Assembly (NCBI GenBank): GCA_030704615.1
Contig: CM060732.1
Location: 32,178,001-32,242,000, forward strand
DNA: 64,000 bases
Direction: 5' to 3'
DNA from: Takakia lepidozioides
Lineage: Eukaryota; Plantae; Bryophyta
Below are positions 49,601-62,408 of the stretch, in pieces. Each line of letters begins with the position of its first letter. Position 1 is the stretch's first letter. Made by a program: the position numbers and the translations under genes. The notes beneath the pieces were generated by a model. That model was given only the letters and a program-made list of their open reading frames with translations. It made no database searches and was not told where the DNA came from.

Positions 49601-50311
49601 TCCATGTTTTGTTTTTGTTTTTTGTTTTTTGTTTTTGACTTCAATTTTATTAAAAAATATATGTGTCATCATGTGTGTAGTTTATAAAGGAGCCATATAT
49701 ATTCATGGTACATCTTGAAGGAATGTCTTAAAAATAAAATTCACCATTAGAATTTAAGTTTTTTTAAGCCAAAAATAAATTTATCTCTAATCAATCTAAT
49801 TTTCCTAATATTTTTAATCGATTAATTAGGAATCGATCCGAAACTGTGAATCTGCTAAAAATTTCCAGCAACTACCCGGACCCTGACCCGACTCCGTCTT
49901 CAAACCCGGACTCGGATTTTCCAAATTCCAAAAACCCAGATCCTGTCTGGGACTTGGTTCCAAGAAGAAACTTGAACATGGATCCAGTGGGTTCCTTAAA
50001 AAGGCACTATCCGCACAACACTGACCTGGCGACCCTTCCTCCATGGCGACTACCTACGGGGGTGATCCTTTCTCCATGGTGGGGCCCACGGCGGGGGCAG
50101 TGGTCAAATCCCCCCATGTCCACTGATCCACCTGCCACTTTCTTGCCACCATCCAAATTGTTCAGTTATTCAATAATACGGTCAAATCCCCACCATTGCC
50201 CACCAAGCTCCATGGCCGTTTTCTCACCACCAGCAAAATTGTAATATTTTACATTACAATACACAGGCAGGAGGCCGAGGCTGCCAGCCGAATAGGGGTG
50301 GGGATTTTGAT

Positions 50312-50342
<31 letters not shown>

Positions 50343-50870
50343 AAGGTCGTATCCTTTCCACACACAGCCTGGGCGACCATACTCGCAGGCTCGCAACAAC
50401 GCACATTCAACTCCCATCCTATTTGTAGTGGCTTCCGGAGTGTACATATAATCAAGAATATCGACCAAACAATGCAACAACCCAAAACATTAATAAGTCT
50501 ATATCCAATGAACGAGGAAGAGGGCAGGAACAAAAGAAAGTAGGATGAAGCTTCGTTACCCATAACTTCTGGGCACCATTGTGACACCAATTGGTGGATT
50601 GAAGGTGATATGTTGGATAGTGGACTTTGAGGGTGAAAGAGGCAAGGTGAGGCCTTCATCAATTGTCGTATTTTCTTCTCCTATCATTCAATAAGTTATC
50701 TAAGCTTATGTTATTTGTACTATGCATTAGTGTCAAAAATCGCTAAGCCCATGCTCCCCATGTGTGACCTCCTCTCTTTGCTCCAAAATAGTTTCATGAT
50801 GTACCTTCTCCAACCGCCCTTAGGTAATCTCTTAAAAAAAAAAAAAAAAATTTGTTATTGGACAACTTAA

Positions 50871-51586
50871 CCCCTAAACGACGACGTGGGTCCGGTCAGT
50901 CTTCTACTTTCTTCAGTGGATGGAAGTGATTCCTGAAGGTAAATCGAGTGGGTTAGGGAGAAGCACATGTGGGAATTTATAACGCCCTAAAAGAATAAAA
51001 GTTTTGCTCCCTAGAAATTTTGAAACTGCCAAGGGTTTGGAAATTCTGCGTTGACCTGCCCAAACGAGCAATCTTGAAAATAACATCTAGGGCTCAAAAT
51101 CTACAAATTCTCTGAACAAGGCACTATGTAATGTTAGTGTAAAAACAAATATCAATACATGGATGTACTTGGGAAAGAAGCCAAACCATGAAAATTTACC
51201 CCCCAGGTTTCACATACTAAGCAGCCTATCTCAGTTTTTGGAATTTCGGTCTGCTTTTTGGGGGAGAGAGTCCCTTAGGTGCTATATAATCAGACTGTGG
51301 AGGGCATATGCCTCAGAAAAATTCAACTGGACACTTGAATTTAGTGGTCAAACCATTTTTCCCAGCAATCTTAAAATCCATTTACAAATTGGGGTAAATT
51401 ATTTTGTTATAATCTCCCAAATGCAATGGTAAAATTGCCTACACTTTTGACAGGACCTGGATAGTATATATGCACATAAGGTTCATGATGCGGATGGATG
51501 ATTGGGGTAAAAAAGATAGACCCTTATCCATGAGGGTATGCACTATTTTTAGTGGGCCCACCAAAATAGTGCTAGTCGTTTAAGGG
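50871..51586. mobile_element. piggyBac-like MITE (716 bp)
   Basis: TTAA at 50867-50870 and 51587-51590. TIR CCCCTAAACGAC vs CCCTTAAACGAC (11/12 match). No ORF. Confidence 0.7.
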
Positions 51587-54560
51587 TTAAGGAAAAAAGG
51601 TTGAATTTTTAAGTTTATTATGGAGGTTCTACTATTCAGAAAGAGGAGCAGCCACTTGTTATTTGAGATGAAACTTCTGATAGAACCTCTACTACAGCAA
51701 TTGGAGGCCCAAAAGGGCCTATGGGACCAATGAGAGAAAGAAAGAGAGGGGAAATTTGTGTGACAGGGAGAAGCATAGCCCTAGGAGCGCAATGGTGCAA
51801 TAACATCTCTTCACCTGCCTTCTAGTGTGCCCATTTAGAGACAGCCAACTGCGTCTGCTTGAGTGAGCCTACAGCGGCCCCTGGTGGGCAAAAATCAGGG
51901 ATTGCTATGGAACTTGACATCAACACTTCTAACTTGTGCACGGCAATGTTCCGTATGCAAATAGAGAAAGCCAGGCACACATCACAAGCTCATGCGACGG
52001 AGCTGCATTATATGTGCTCCAAGTGCAGTGGCAAGGCTGCCAAGAAGCAGCCTACCTTTCCTTTTGGTCACGATTAGTGGGACATAATCTTGTACCTAGA
52101 GGGCTTGGTCGCTTTCCCATTGCCGCAGGTGCCGCCCATGTGTAACTCTATTGAACACGTTAAATGTACAATGATTCTTCCACAAGGGCCTGACAGATCA
52201 ATGTTGAATGTTCAGTCTAAGCATCTTAGAAATTGTTGAAATCTGGATGATCCATAAGTACTAGGTGGGTTAACCCCTCTAGAGACAAACAAGGGCCTGC
52301 AGATCAGTGTATGTAACCAAGGAGGGACAATTCAAAAAGATTGTGACGTTGAATGTATGCACAATATAAAAGCTTTTACCATTCTAATATGTTAAACCCC
52401 AATTCCCTGGAATGTAACTGTTTCTGGTGGGGGTTGAGCTACCGTGACAGGGAAGTACCCACATACACTGCGGCACTTCCATGCACCGTTTCAAAGATTA
52501 ATTGACCTGGAGAAACTATTTCCTTACATGAAATGTGCGTGTTTTTGGTGGCCCAATTATCCGTTGACCAGTGAACGTGATCAGTGAAACAACTAGCTGT
52601 CATAAATAACGGATGATCTCTCTCTCTAGTCCCTCTCTGTCTCTCTCTCTCTCCTCTCTATCCTCAGATTTTCATGTTGGAAACCGGGATCGACTTTTCT
52701 GTCCACCTCTTTTGTCTGTATAAGGGAGGAATAGACGAATAGACTGTAATGACGGGGACTTTCAAGGGCTTGCCCCTGGAAAGACTTAATACTTGGCAAT
52801 TGAAGGCACTAGGTAGATGTCCAAACTTGAGTGCACGCTCAAATTTTTTCTACAGGAGACCTGTTCTTTGCGCGCTCAAATGTATATCTCTTCCCACTAC
52901 CAGTTCAAGTGTACTCTTTTGAAAGAGCTGTAAGTCTGGTAATTTAAGGTTGCCCACGGTAGAGTTGAAGGAGAGCAAGTTGCCTTGTCTCCTTTAGGCC
53001 TCCCGCGACGTAGTACAGTTTTGTTTATACAGCTGGTCTCTTCTTCTCCCCCATCCCAACTTGCTCGCTGTGTACTTTAGGCGACCACTGGATCCATCAT
53101 TCGGCACCCACGAACGTTCAAGATTGAAAATTTGAATCCGACATACCCTCGCCGGGGGACAATTAACATATGTGATCTCTTTCGGGAGTTATCTTAATGC
53201 AAACCATGCCACATATTGCTAGAGTCAAGGGCTGACTCTTGAAGTACTTCCAGTGTTTCTAGTCTATCATGGCGATTTTGAACTGGGTTCGTGGGTGGCA
53301 CCCTCGATGACAATCTAGCACACTCCCCTCCCTTTACTCCCCCGGAGATGAGATTTCTCACCTGGATTACTACAAGGGACATTTTGGGTCGGCACGGTCA
53401 GTCGACTTGCCTGCAGGCAGGAAATGTAAGCATCTGGAAGTCATAAACTGCGCAGGACTTCCACTTCACTGTTGATCAGATTAGAACTATTGTCGCTACA
53501 GGTCCAAAGTTATCGAGAGGCCAGTTAGACGACAGATCCTCCAGACGACAGGTCAATATCGGGTAATGAACGGAAGGCTCAGCTCCAGTTGCGCATGCAA
53601 AATTCGAACAAATTCCTTTCTTTAGTACTTTCTTTTGAAATCTGACCGTCGCATTACAACTCCCTTGATTCTCCTGTACAACGTCAAGCTTCACACCCGA
53701 GCAATAGGTAGTCCTTCAGTCATTCTCTTCTGCACAGCTCATGACATTCTGTCTGGCTCCGTGACACCTGAAGAAGGGAATCTAGACTAGAAAAGCTCCA
53801 AAGATCGCAAGCGAGTCACACGGAGCACGCAACAACGCCCCGAGCGCCTGTCCCACCTCCTACCGTCATGCCATCAGCGCCTCCGTCTCTGCACCTACGT
53901 AGCTACCTACCGCTAGTATTTGTATTTGAATTCTAGCTACGCCGTCGCCGTATACCGTCTGCGGTTCCCTGAATCCGCGGACAGTCCGCGTATGGGGGCC
54001 GCTGCGGTTGGGTCAGTGTGACGTCAGAGCGGTCGAGCGGCGCGGGTGGGGCCTCGCGGCCGCTGCGTGGCATTAAAGAAGCTGCCGCAGATGCTAAACC
54101 CGGCGCTTCACCTGCCCCCTAACCCCACCCTCCATAACTTCGGGCCTCTATTATACTCGTGCTCGCTTCCTTGAAAATACACCAAATAACCAAATACCAT
54201 TAAACAAGCCATTAACTAATCTTTCTATGAGACATGAGTACTAACCGCGGCAGGCGTGGGGCCGCGGCCCACGGCAGGCGGTCAAACGCCCGCGGAAGAC
54301 CGCCGCGCATGCGCGGCGCAGCCGCGTGGGCGCCGACGTGACGCGAGCGTGGCAGACAGTCCGCGGCGGCTTCTGGACTGTGCGGAGAGCCGCGCGGGTT
54401 GTCGTACCGACCTCGCGGTTCAGCGAACCTGCCGTCCCGGTCTGTGTCCTGTGTCTGTGGGAGGGATCTGTCGCTGCGGTGATCGATCGTCGCTGCGATT
54501 GAGGAATTGGAAGAGCGCGCAGTGGAAATTGGTGGGACTGATTTGTGAAAGAGGGAGAAG

Positions 54561-55074
54561 ATGATGCTGTCGTGCGCGGAGGAGATGGTGCAGTGCTCGG
54601 ATGGTGCAGAGGGAGGGGGGATGGAGAGGGAGAGCAAGAAGGCGAAGAGAGACATGGACGAGATGACGAAGGAGAAATCTCAGGAATGGGCGGACTCCTC
54701 CATCGTGGCGCTACTGGACATCTATGAAGAGAAATGGAATTATTTGAAGCGGGGAAACCTAAGGAGTAGGGACTGGACTGACCTGGCTGTCCAGGTGAGT
54801 ACACGTTGCCATGGCCCCAAAGCGGCCAAGACGGCGTCCCAGTGCAAAAATAAGATCGAATCGATGAAGAAGAAGTACAGGGCGGAGAAGCAGAGTAAGG
54901 TGACGACTGGCACCGCGCCGCGATGGAAGTACTATGCACGCTTGGACAGTATGCTGTGTGGTGCTTCCCCTCCGAAGATGCTCAACGTTTCTGCTCCGCC
55001 GGATGTCAGCCGGCAGCCAGCTGTTATTGATCTGGATTCGCGCGAGGGATTGGCTCAGGTGGAAAGTGGAGATT
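54561..55074 (+). CDS. trihelix (Myb/SANT-like) DNA-binding protein, first coding exon
   Basis: EWADSSIVALLDIYEEKW..LRSRDWTDLA..KTASQCKNKIESMKKKYRAEK..WKYYARLD. Donor GTGAGT at 55075. Probable further exons ~56210-56418 and 56736-56971. Confidence 0.85.
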
Positions 55075-57899
55075 GTGAGTGCTTCTGTTTCTCTACCAAT
55101 TTCCCAACCCAAGGTTGTTTTGGATGGCTTTGGTAATTGATGGTCCACATCTATGGTCTTCTCTCCGGTTACCCTTCTTCTTCCTACGCTTATTCATTAT
55201 TATGAACTCACTCATGTTCAAGCGGCTTGCCCTGCGTATGTCTTCGTCTGGATGTAAATCCTTTACCCGTAACTCCTCACATTCATGCTGGTTCAGAGAC
55301 AAGTGTTCCATGCTTTGGTATCAAATTTTCTGCAGTCCAAAACAGAGCACCAGTAAGTCAAGTGGACAATAATAGGTGAGCGAGCACCACGGGAAAAATA
55401 ATCTGAGCAAGAGGAGATGGGATATAGATAACCCCAACGATTCCTGAAATGGAGGCACTTCAGGAACTTGTAGCAGATCTGGGGGTACTGCACAAGAGGA
55501 TGAAAGCTACGATTGGTACCTAACCTCTGCATTGAACTCATCATTAGAGGTTGGGTGGCATGTAGCTGGAGCACCAGAGCGGCCTATGCACATGTTGATG
55601 GCTCCGTGTTTGACAAATGTTACCCGGTCTACTGCTGTTCACAACGCTTCCTGCAGTCTTGTTACAGCTGCGAAATCCTCAGCTCATGGTTAGTGCCCTG
55701 TTTACCTTCATTCTTTACAAGAATGTTACACTCAGGAATAAAGGAGAACAAATCTGATAAGAGTAGTTACACCGTGTTAGAGGGAATTAGTATGCAATCC
55801 ATGCTGCAGATTTCAAGAATTCTCCTCCTTCTCCCGTGCTGGCTGTAAGGTAGGGACTGTGCATTTAGTTGTCAAGTCCCTTTCCCAATCTTGTTGTACA
55901 GAGACGATGGCACTAAGTGGAATAGGTTGTATGAAATTTTGTCACGCCACTATGCAAAAGCATTTGATAATGGGTGGAGTGTTTGATTGGGTTGTGTCAG
56001 AACACTTGCTACCAGCCCAATCTCTCAGGTATTGTCATTTTCTTATGTTGAGGTTGAGCATAACAACCTCAGGAAGATGCTCAAGTTTGGGCATGTGTGT
56101 TAGGGTCATAGAAGCCTCGTAAGAGCACCAGTGGTTCCTGATTTCATACATTCCAGACCACATTGAGCTTTTCGTGGGATTCAAACGTTTTGGACATTCG
56201 ATTTTCAGCAGAACCTGCACCGTCTTCCGTCACACTTTTGGTGTCAAGAGAGCCAGGGCTGCAGCCATTGGAGGAAGCTGTTACTTTTTGCACAGACCAT
56301 GAATTTCAAGAATTTCTAGAGAATGAAGACTCGTGCATGTTTGATGAAACCAACAAGAAAGTGGCTCGATTCACAATCTTGAGGAACAACCGGCGCTACC
56401 GACTTGAGAAAAAGCCAGGTACACTGCACTGTGTCAAATTGAATTTCAGGAGAAGATATGTGCCAGTCTGTTCACACCGTGCTGTGAGAGGGAACCAAAT
56501 TTTCCTATTTCTCTTCTCCAAAGGTGGTGGTGTAATAGAGGTCCTAGAGTAGTTATTAGCCAGGGTTTAGCAGTTGGACAAGAGCTGTCTCGACCCCTCG
56601 TCATGAACTTCAGCTAGGGGATCATAAGAAAAGGAAGGGGGGTTTAATGAATATTGGTTGCTTTCATGATTCATCTTGTAAGACAATATGGATGGCAGTT
56701 GTAGTGATCAATACTTTGTTTCAATGGTCGTCCAGGAAAGGTGATCACACTGCGGTCACCGTCAATATCACCACCAACATTTGTTAGGGTCAAGCTACGG
56801 AACACAAAGGAGTTTGATGCATTTTTACGGTCCATGGGCTTCATTGGATTGCTACGTTTTCCTTGCAACAAGGACTTCGAAAATTTGATTCTTAGATATT
56901 CAGAATTGGTGGATGGCTGTGTGTGTATTGGCTACAAGCCTGGCCGTCTGCATCCAGGGGATGACCTGCAGGTCAGTGGATTGGTTTCTCATCAGTCTTT
57001 GCGTCACATCCCCATCTGTATTCAGGATGATGATTTCAGTGGTTTGGTACCTAGGTTTCTCATAAAAGTCAAGAAAATCTTGGTATGGACATAGTTTTTA
57101 AGGAAGCATTCTTCAGGCCCACTCATGTCCATTTCTTTAATTGGAACTTGAAGGTTTAGTGGCCAAACAGAAGGGTGTCAATTTGAGGTCTGTGACTGAT
57201 GGAGTTATTTGGATGTTTGAATCAGCAGGATATTGAGGATATCAGGATATCTGAGAGAATACCACAACAATAATATTCTTCCGTCTGGTCATCTGACCGT
57301 ACGATAGGGTAGCTGTAGCGAGAACTGGGAATCCACCGAAGGCAGTCAGAGGGCTACTTTTCTGGCCCGACAAGCCTGGTCAAGATGATGACACTGGTGG
57401 TCCAAGTTGCAAGACAGTGTCATACCGGACGAACTTGTGTATTGCGTTGTTGAGAAGATTCCTTAGCAATGGCCAAGTGGCTGATTACTATTGGTCCTGG
57501 CCTTGGAGCAGAAGTGAAAGACATTTTTGTACAATATCACAGGTAGGATTGTTAATAGAGTTGATCATTACAAGGTTACTGACTGGGATCTGCTCTTAAC
57601 AGGAGAGTGGACCTCCTCCCAGTGCATCGAAATGCTCCAAATATACATGTTAGGTTTTGTAACAGTATCACTGAAATAAAATGCCACATGCCACTACTCT
57701 TAGCACATCTGTCTGTTTCTCTCTCCAGCTTTGTACTCTTAGCACCCCTTTTTGTTTGTCTTTTTAGAGAAAAGGGGAAGGAGCCTGAAGACTTTATTGA
57801 GTTTATGAGGAGGAAAAAAATAACACCTCACAAAGGTCAGCTTGTTCAGATACTTGCCATGGCTGGTAGCATAGATGCCTCACTGCCCAGTTTCTGGAT

Positions 57900-58100
57900 T
57901 GAATGCCACTTGCAATGTGCAATCCTTTGAACATTATACTGAGAAAGAGTAGAATCTTCCAGTACCTTGCCACAGTAGACCAACCACCTGTCTTTGCTAT
58001 CAAATGATATTTGGCTCATTGCGTAATGTGCTGAACACTATCATCAGAGGTCACAGTGACTTTGTATGTCCCTCTCTTCAGTCACAATTATGGTGAACTT
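57900..58100 (-). pseudogene. decayed ubiquitin-like domain paralogous to 59780-60045
   Basis: Nucleotide similarity to 59825-60030. Translates in part to WLVYCGKVLEDSTLSQYNV. Confidence 0.6.
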
Positions 58101-59779
58101 GAAGCTGCATACATTTGCAGGAGTCCAACCGCAATGTACCGCACCATTGCCCACCACTCCGCATAGTTTCATGAAGTGATCCTCCACCACCTTTGAACTG
58201 CAACATATCATCTCCTCACTGAGTATGAACAGGAAACGACAGGATGGGTACTGCTGTCGGTCGTATACCTAGAGATCGCATGGATTTCGATTCTACAAGC
58301 AACTTCTGTCTTGTCATTCATGTGACAGGAACCATTTACGCCTGATATCAAGGTTCATGTCTATGGATACCTGGTTGTTACCTTTGGCTGAAGTTCATAG
58401 CAGTGGCGACCTGCAGACAACCAGAACTATCACAATTCACCAAACCAAGAAGCTCTCACTCCCGAAATTGCGACAGTACACAAGAAAGCAACTCCATTTT
58501 CTGCCCTGATTGCATGACATCAATCTCCCAGACTACTTTTATTGCTACAAAAAAGTAGAACTGGTTTCGAATGGGGACTTGGTGACAGAGTTCTAACAAA
58601 ACAGCAAGGACTCCATTGCTTATCCCCTGACCTCAGGCTTGGATATGCGAAGCAAGAAAATACTTTGTCAAGTACTTGGAAGGTAACCTACTTGCCAGCT
58701 GTCCAGTATGGAGCTCAACTGCTAAAATGCACACATCACCTGCACTCTGCCTCAGGGGTCTCTACCAGTGTTCGATGAAAGTTTGTGACTTGTGAGAATG
58801 TGAAGCTCTACAGTGACTGTGCAGTAGGAAGTGTCACTGAGCAGAATGCTGGGCGTACTCAAAACTTTGCCACTCGCTGTTGGTGTGCAACTGATGGGAT
58901 TCCTTGCCTGATTCATGGTTTGCAAGCAGTTGTCCTGAAAAAGAGTATTAACTGTCTTTGTAACAATAGAAATGAATGTTGGCACTGATTTCCCTTTCCA
59001 CAGTTATTTAGGTTTTAACATTCGCACACATACAATTGCAATTTGTGATCCCACGAGGAGTGTGGCAAGAGATGGACCTCCAATTACTCGACAAGCATTT
59101 TCATAGCTTGGTTTACACCTTCTGCTTCAGATGGAGGCCTGATTTGGTTTACAGCAAATGTCTGCCAAACTGAAGTAAACAAATCACAATGTGCTGCCAA
59201 CCTGGTGTGGTGAAACCAGAGTGAGTCCTGTACAACAAAGTTAGATAGGGATGCTAATCTCTGAAACATAGCTTCAGGCACAACACACTTTCTAAACTGA
59301 AAGGGGACATATCATTGCAACTTCACCCCCTGGGTCCGCTCTAGACAAGAAGTAAACTTTTTGCCTCAAAAGCTGCACAAATGTACAAGTTAACATTTTG
59401 TAACAGTATCCCTGAAATATAAGTTCTTCATGTCAACTCAATCTCCTCGTCCCACCTAAGCTGCTTCTGCCCCACTTCAGTGGACATACATGCTCTAAAC
59501 ACGCTAAATACAGTGATCCCATGCACCCCAATGCTTTGTACCATAAAGGCTTCACTAACCAGTATCCACGGAAAATTTGTCACCTAATAACAAAAGAGCA
59601 CATGGGAAGCCGCAGTTTGTCTTCTAGTTGGTTACTACATGTCAGCTGTACTAGAGAAACCTTTTTGAAGCGCTCCATGCCAAGGGCACAGCAAAAAGAA
59701 AACACATGAGTGACGGGATGAAAGAGTACTGTGACCCTTTGAAGCTACAAAAGTTGTGGAGACTATTCAGAATCAACGT

Positions 59780-60045
59780 CTACAGAATCATGTCTTGCTG
59801 AGAATGGTATTTGAAGGCCACTCGCAATGTGCAGTCCTTTTCAATATTGTAGTGAGAAAGACATGCAGTATTCTCCAGTGTCTTGCCACGGTATATGAAC
59901 CACCAGTCTGCGTTATCATATGGCATCACCTCCTTCACTCTGAACAGTCCCTTAATGTGCTGAACACTATCGTCAGATCTTACAGTGAGTGTGCATGTCT
60001 TGCCTTTGAGTGATTTCACAAATATGCTGAATTGAAAGCTGTTTA
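59780..60045 (-). CDS. ubiquitin-like domain, probably a downstream exon of the BTB/NPH3-like gene
   Basis: FSIFVKSLKGKTCTLTVRSDDSVQHIKGLF..WFIYRGKTLENTACLSHYNIEKDCTLRV. No C-terminal GG. Confidence 0.8.
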
Positions 60046-60257
60046 CATTTGAAGGAATTAAACCATCACATACCATGCCATCATCCCACCTCTGCGTGCG
60101 CTGATGTGGTCTCTCATCATGAGATACCTCTCCACCTTCTTCATACTGAAACACACAACTTACAAATTAGTATGAACAGTAGGAGTGTGAGAAACATTGG
60201 TCGTTGCTGCAGGCCCCATGCCTGGAAGACTGTGCCTCTGAATGTTGATTAGGGGTC

Positions 60258-62030
60258 CTACACATACACAAAGTGAGGTGCTCTCTTGATTCCCACCCCA
60301 TACCCTGCAAATGAAGCCGGTTGTTCACCCACACAAGTGATTTGGCTTACTTGGAACAGCTCTAAGAAGTTACCAACACTGCTGATGGGTACATATGTAA
60401 GACTTGAACTAACCTGGGCCAGCTTTCTCTTGATGCCCACCATCATTTCCCGTTGCCGATGCAGGAGAGAAGTTAAGAATCCGGGATGAGGGGGCAACTT
60501 GGAGTCCAGAGCCTGCTCCACTTTGGCTTCCGATAACTTTGCAACATCAATGAGATCCCACAGCATGCTTGTCTCTTGCATGTCCACATACCCCACAGTT
60601 GACTCTGCAAAGCTGTTCACAACATCATATAGGGAGTCATGTGAACTTCTTGCACTTGGCGACAAGCAGGCCGCTAGCTCCTGAAAGGAACTCACTCCAA
60701 TGAGCTTTTTAGCCACAGCTAGTTGCAGATAGCCATCCACTAAACCTGCCGCATGCCTAGCTTCCTCCATCTCCAGGGGATTTTGGGCAGAGAACATAGG
60801 AGCTAGCAGTTGGCAAACAGTCACTGGACTCAAGCGTATGATATCTTCAGCCTGGAGATAGGGTAGCATGCGCTGGAAATAGTCTTTGAGCTTCTGACAG
60901 GAGGTAGACATAAGTCTCAACTCACATCTCTCTAAAAACATCACCACAGTCCGCGCCGCTGCGATATTAAGGATGTCATGTTCCCCGTCTGCTGGCTTCT
61001 CCAACATGGCTGGAAGAAGAAACACAAAAATAGCCTCTGCATTTAAAGCACTTTCTTCATCAAGTTCTGGCTTAGGAAACCATAACTCTGGTCTCCTCTC
61101 GAATTGGTTTCCAAAGTCCATAAAATTCACACCCACATACTCAAATTCTCGCAAAATGTCAAGGACAATTTCATGTCTCATTTTGGTAAGGGCCATCAGC
61201 AAGTCCACCACATCCACCACATCTTCATCATCACCACTTTCATGCTGTAGTTCACAGGCATGCATTGCCAGGCTAGCAATGAGCTTGCTCTTGTACGAGT
61301 TCCTAACACTTTCCAAAACTTCACCTCCCATGTGTGACAATGCATCCATGGTAGCATGCATATCTGAGAGAACATCCTGCTCTAAGAAAGCTTCAGAGAC
61401 TTCAATGAGATTGTTGGCACCATACTCCTGCGAACAACAAATTGAACTTGGACGTATTGGTAGGCTGGACCACATAGATAGATTACAGACCTAACCCTTA
61501 ACCTTTTCAACTCTGAGGTTCTCTGTGGTCACATAACTCAGACACGGGGGCTAATATGAAGATCATACAGTACGTAGCCACATTTGAAGTTTGAATCTTA
61601 CACTTCCAGCAGAGTCACGAGGATAGTTGAGTGAATGTTGCCCCCAACAGGTCTAAATACAGTCCAGCAAGAAAACCTCCAAGCACTCATTTCGGTCAGA
61701 CACCATACCTTTGAGAAGCCTAGAAACTCTGCTGCAGAGAGCACCAGGAGAGCATTGGTTGGATTTAGGTCCACGGAGCCACCATAACAGAACTGTGCAA
61801 CAAGCTCAAAGACCTCCTCTCCACCCGGGATCATGGACAGATCAACCAGAAAAGGGTAGTCTCTTACTGTGCTCAGTTTTTTCTCGAAGTATGCACTCCG
61901 CGTGAAGAATGGGAACCGATGACATCGAAATGTCCGACCCCGGACTTTTACATTCATGTCAGCAAATACAGCCCAACGGTCCATGAGCACCGAGGATACC
62001 TGATTCACCTCCTCCTTCACCTGTATGATC
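60258..62030 (-). CDS. BTB/POZ plus NPH3-like (NRL-family-like) protein
   Basis: FADMNVKVRGRTFRCHRFPFFTRSAYF..IPGGEEVFELVAQFCYG..LSAAEFL (BTB). Intron 61688..~61430. NLIEVSEAFL, AGLVDGYL and SARSSHDSLY (NPH3-like). Gene ends uncertain. Confidence 0.85.
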
Positions 62031-62408
62031 TGCCTCTCGCTGTTTACCTCTCCTGTGCAAGACATTCTGTAGGAGCGTCGAATTTGAGCTACCTGCAGTT
62101 GAGCAGTGAGTTTCGCAATATTCAAGTGGTCAATTTTCAACGCAAACTACAGAGATGGAGCAGTGACACTTAGGACCCCGGACATTTACATTCATGTCCG
62201 CAAAAACAACCCAACGGTCCATGAGCAACGACGATACCTGATTCACCTCCTCCTTCACCTGTATGATCTGTTTACCAGTGCTTGGCAAGACATGCTGTAG
62301 GAGCGTCGAATCTGAGCTACCTGCAGTTGAGCATTGAGTGTCAAACACACTTTCAAAGGGTCAATTTTCAACGCAATCTACAGAGATGGAGCAGTGACAC
62401 TTAGGGTA
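61935..62408. repeat. ~235-bp tandem duplication at the 5' part of the BTB gene
   Basis: TACATTCATGTC..CCCAACGGTCCATGAGCA..CACCTGTATGATCTG at ~61950 and ~62187. GGTCAATTTTCAACGCAA..CAGTGACACTTAGG at ~62128 and ~62359. Confidence 0.9.

Noticed and set aside
47900-50000. Possible solo LTR or MITE fragments
   Set aside because: No paired termini or TSD could be established.
50315-50342. Poly-C tract and the Pro/Gly ORFs over it
   Set aside because: Simple homopolymer; the ORFs are incidental.
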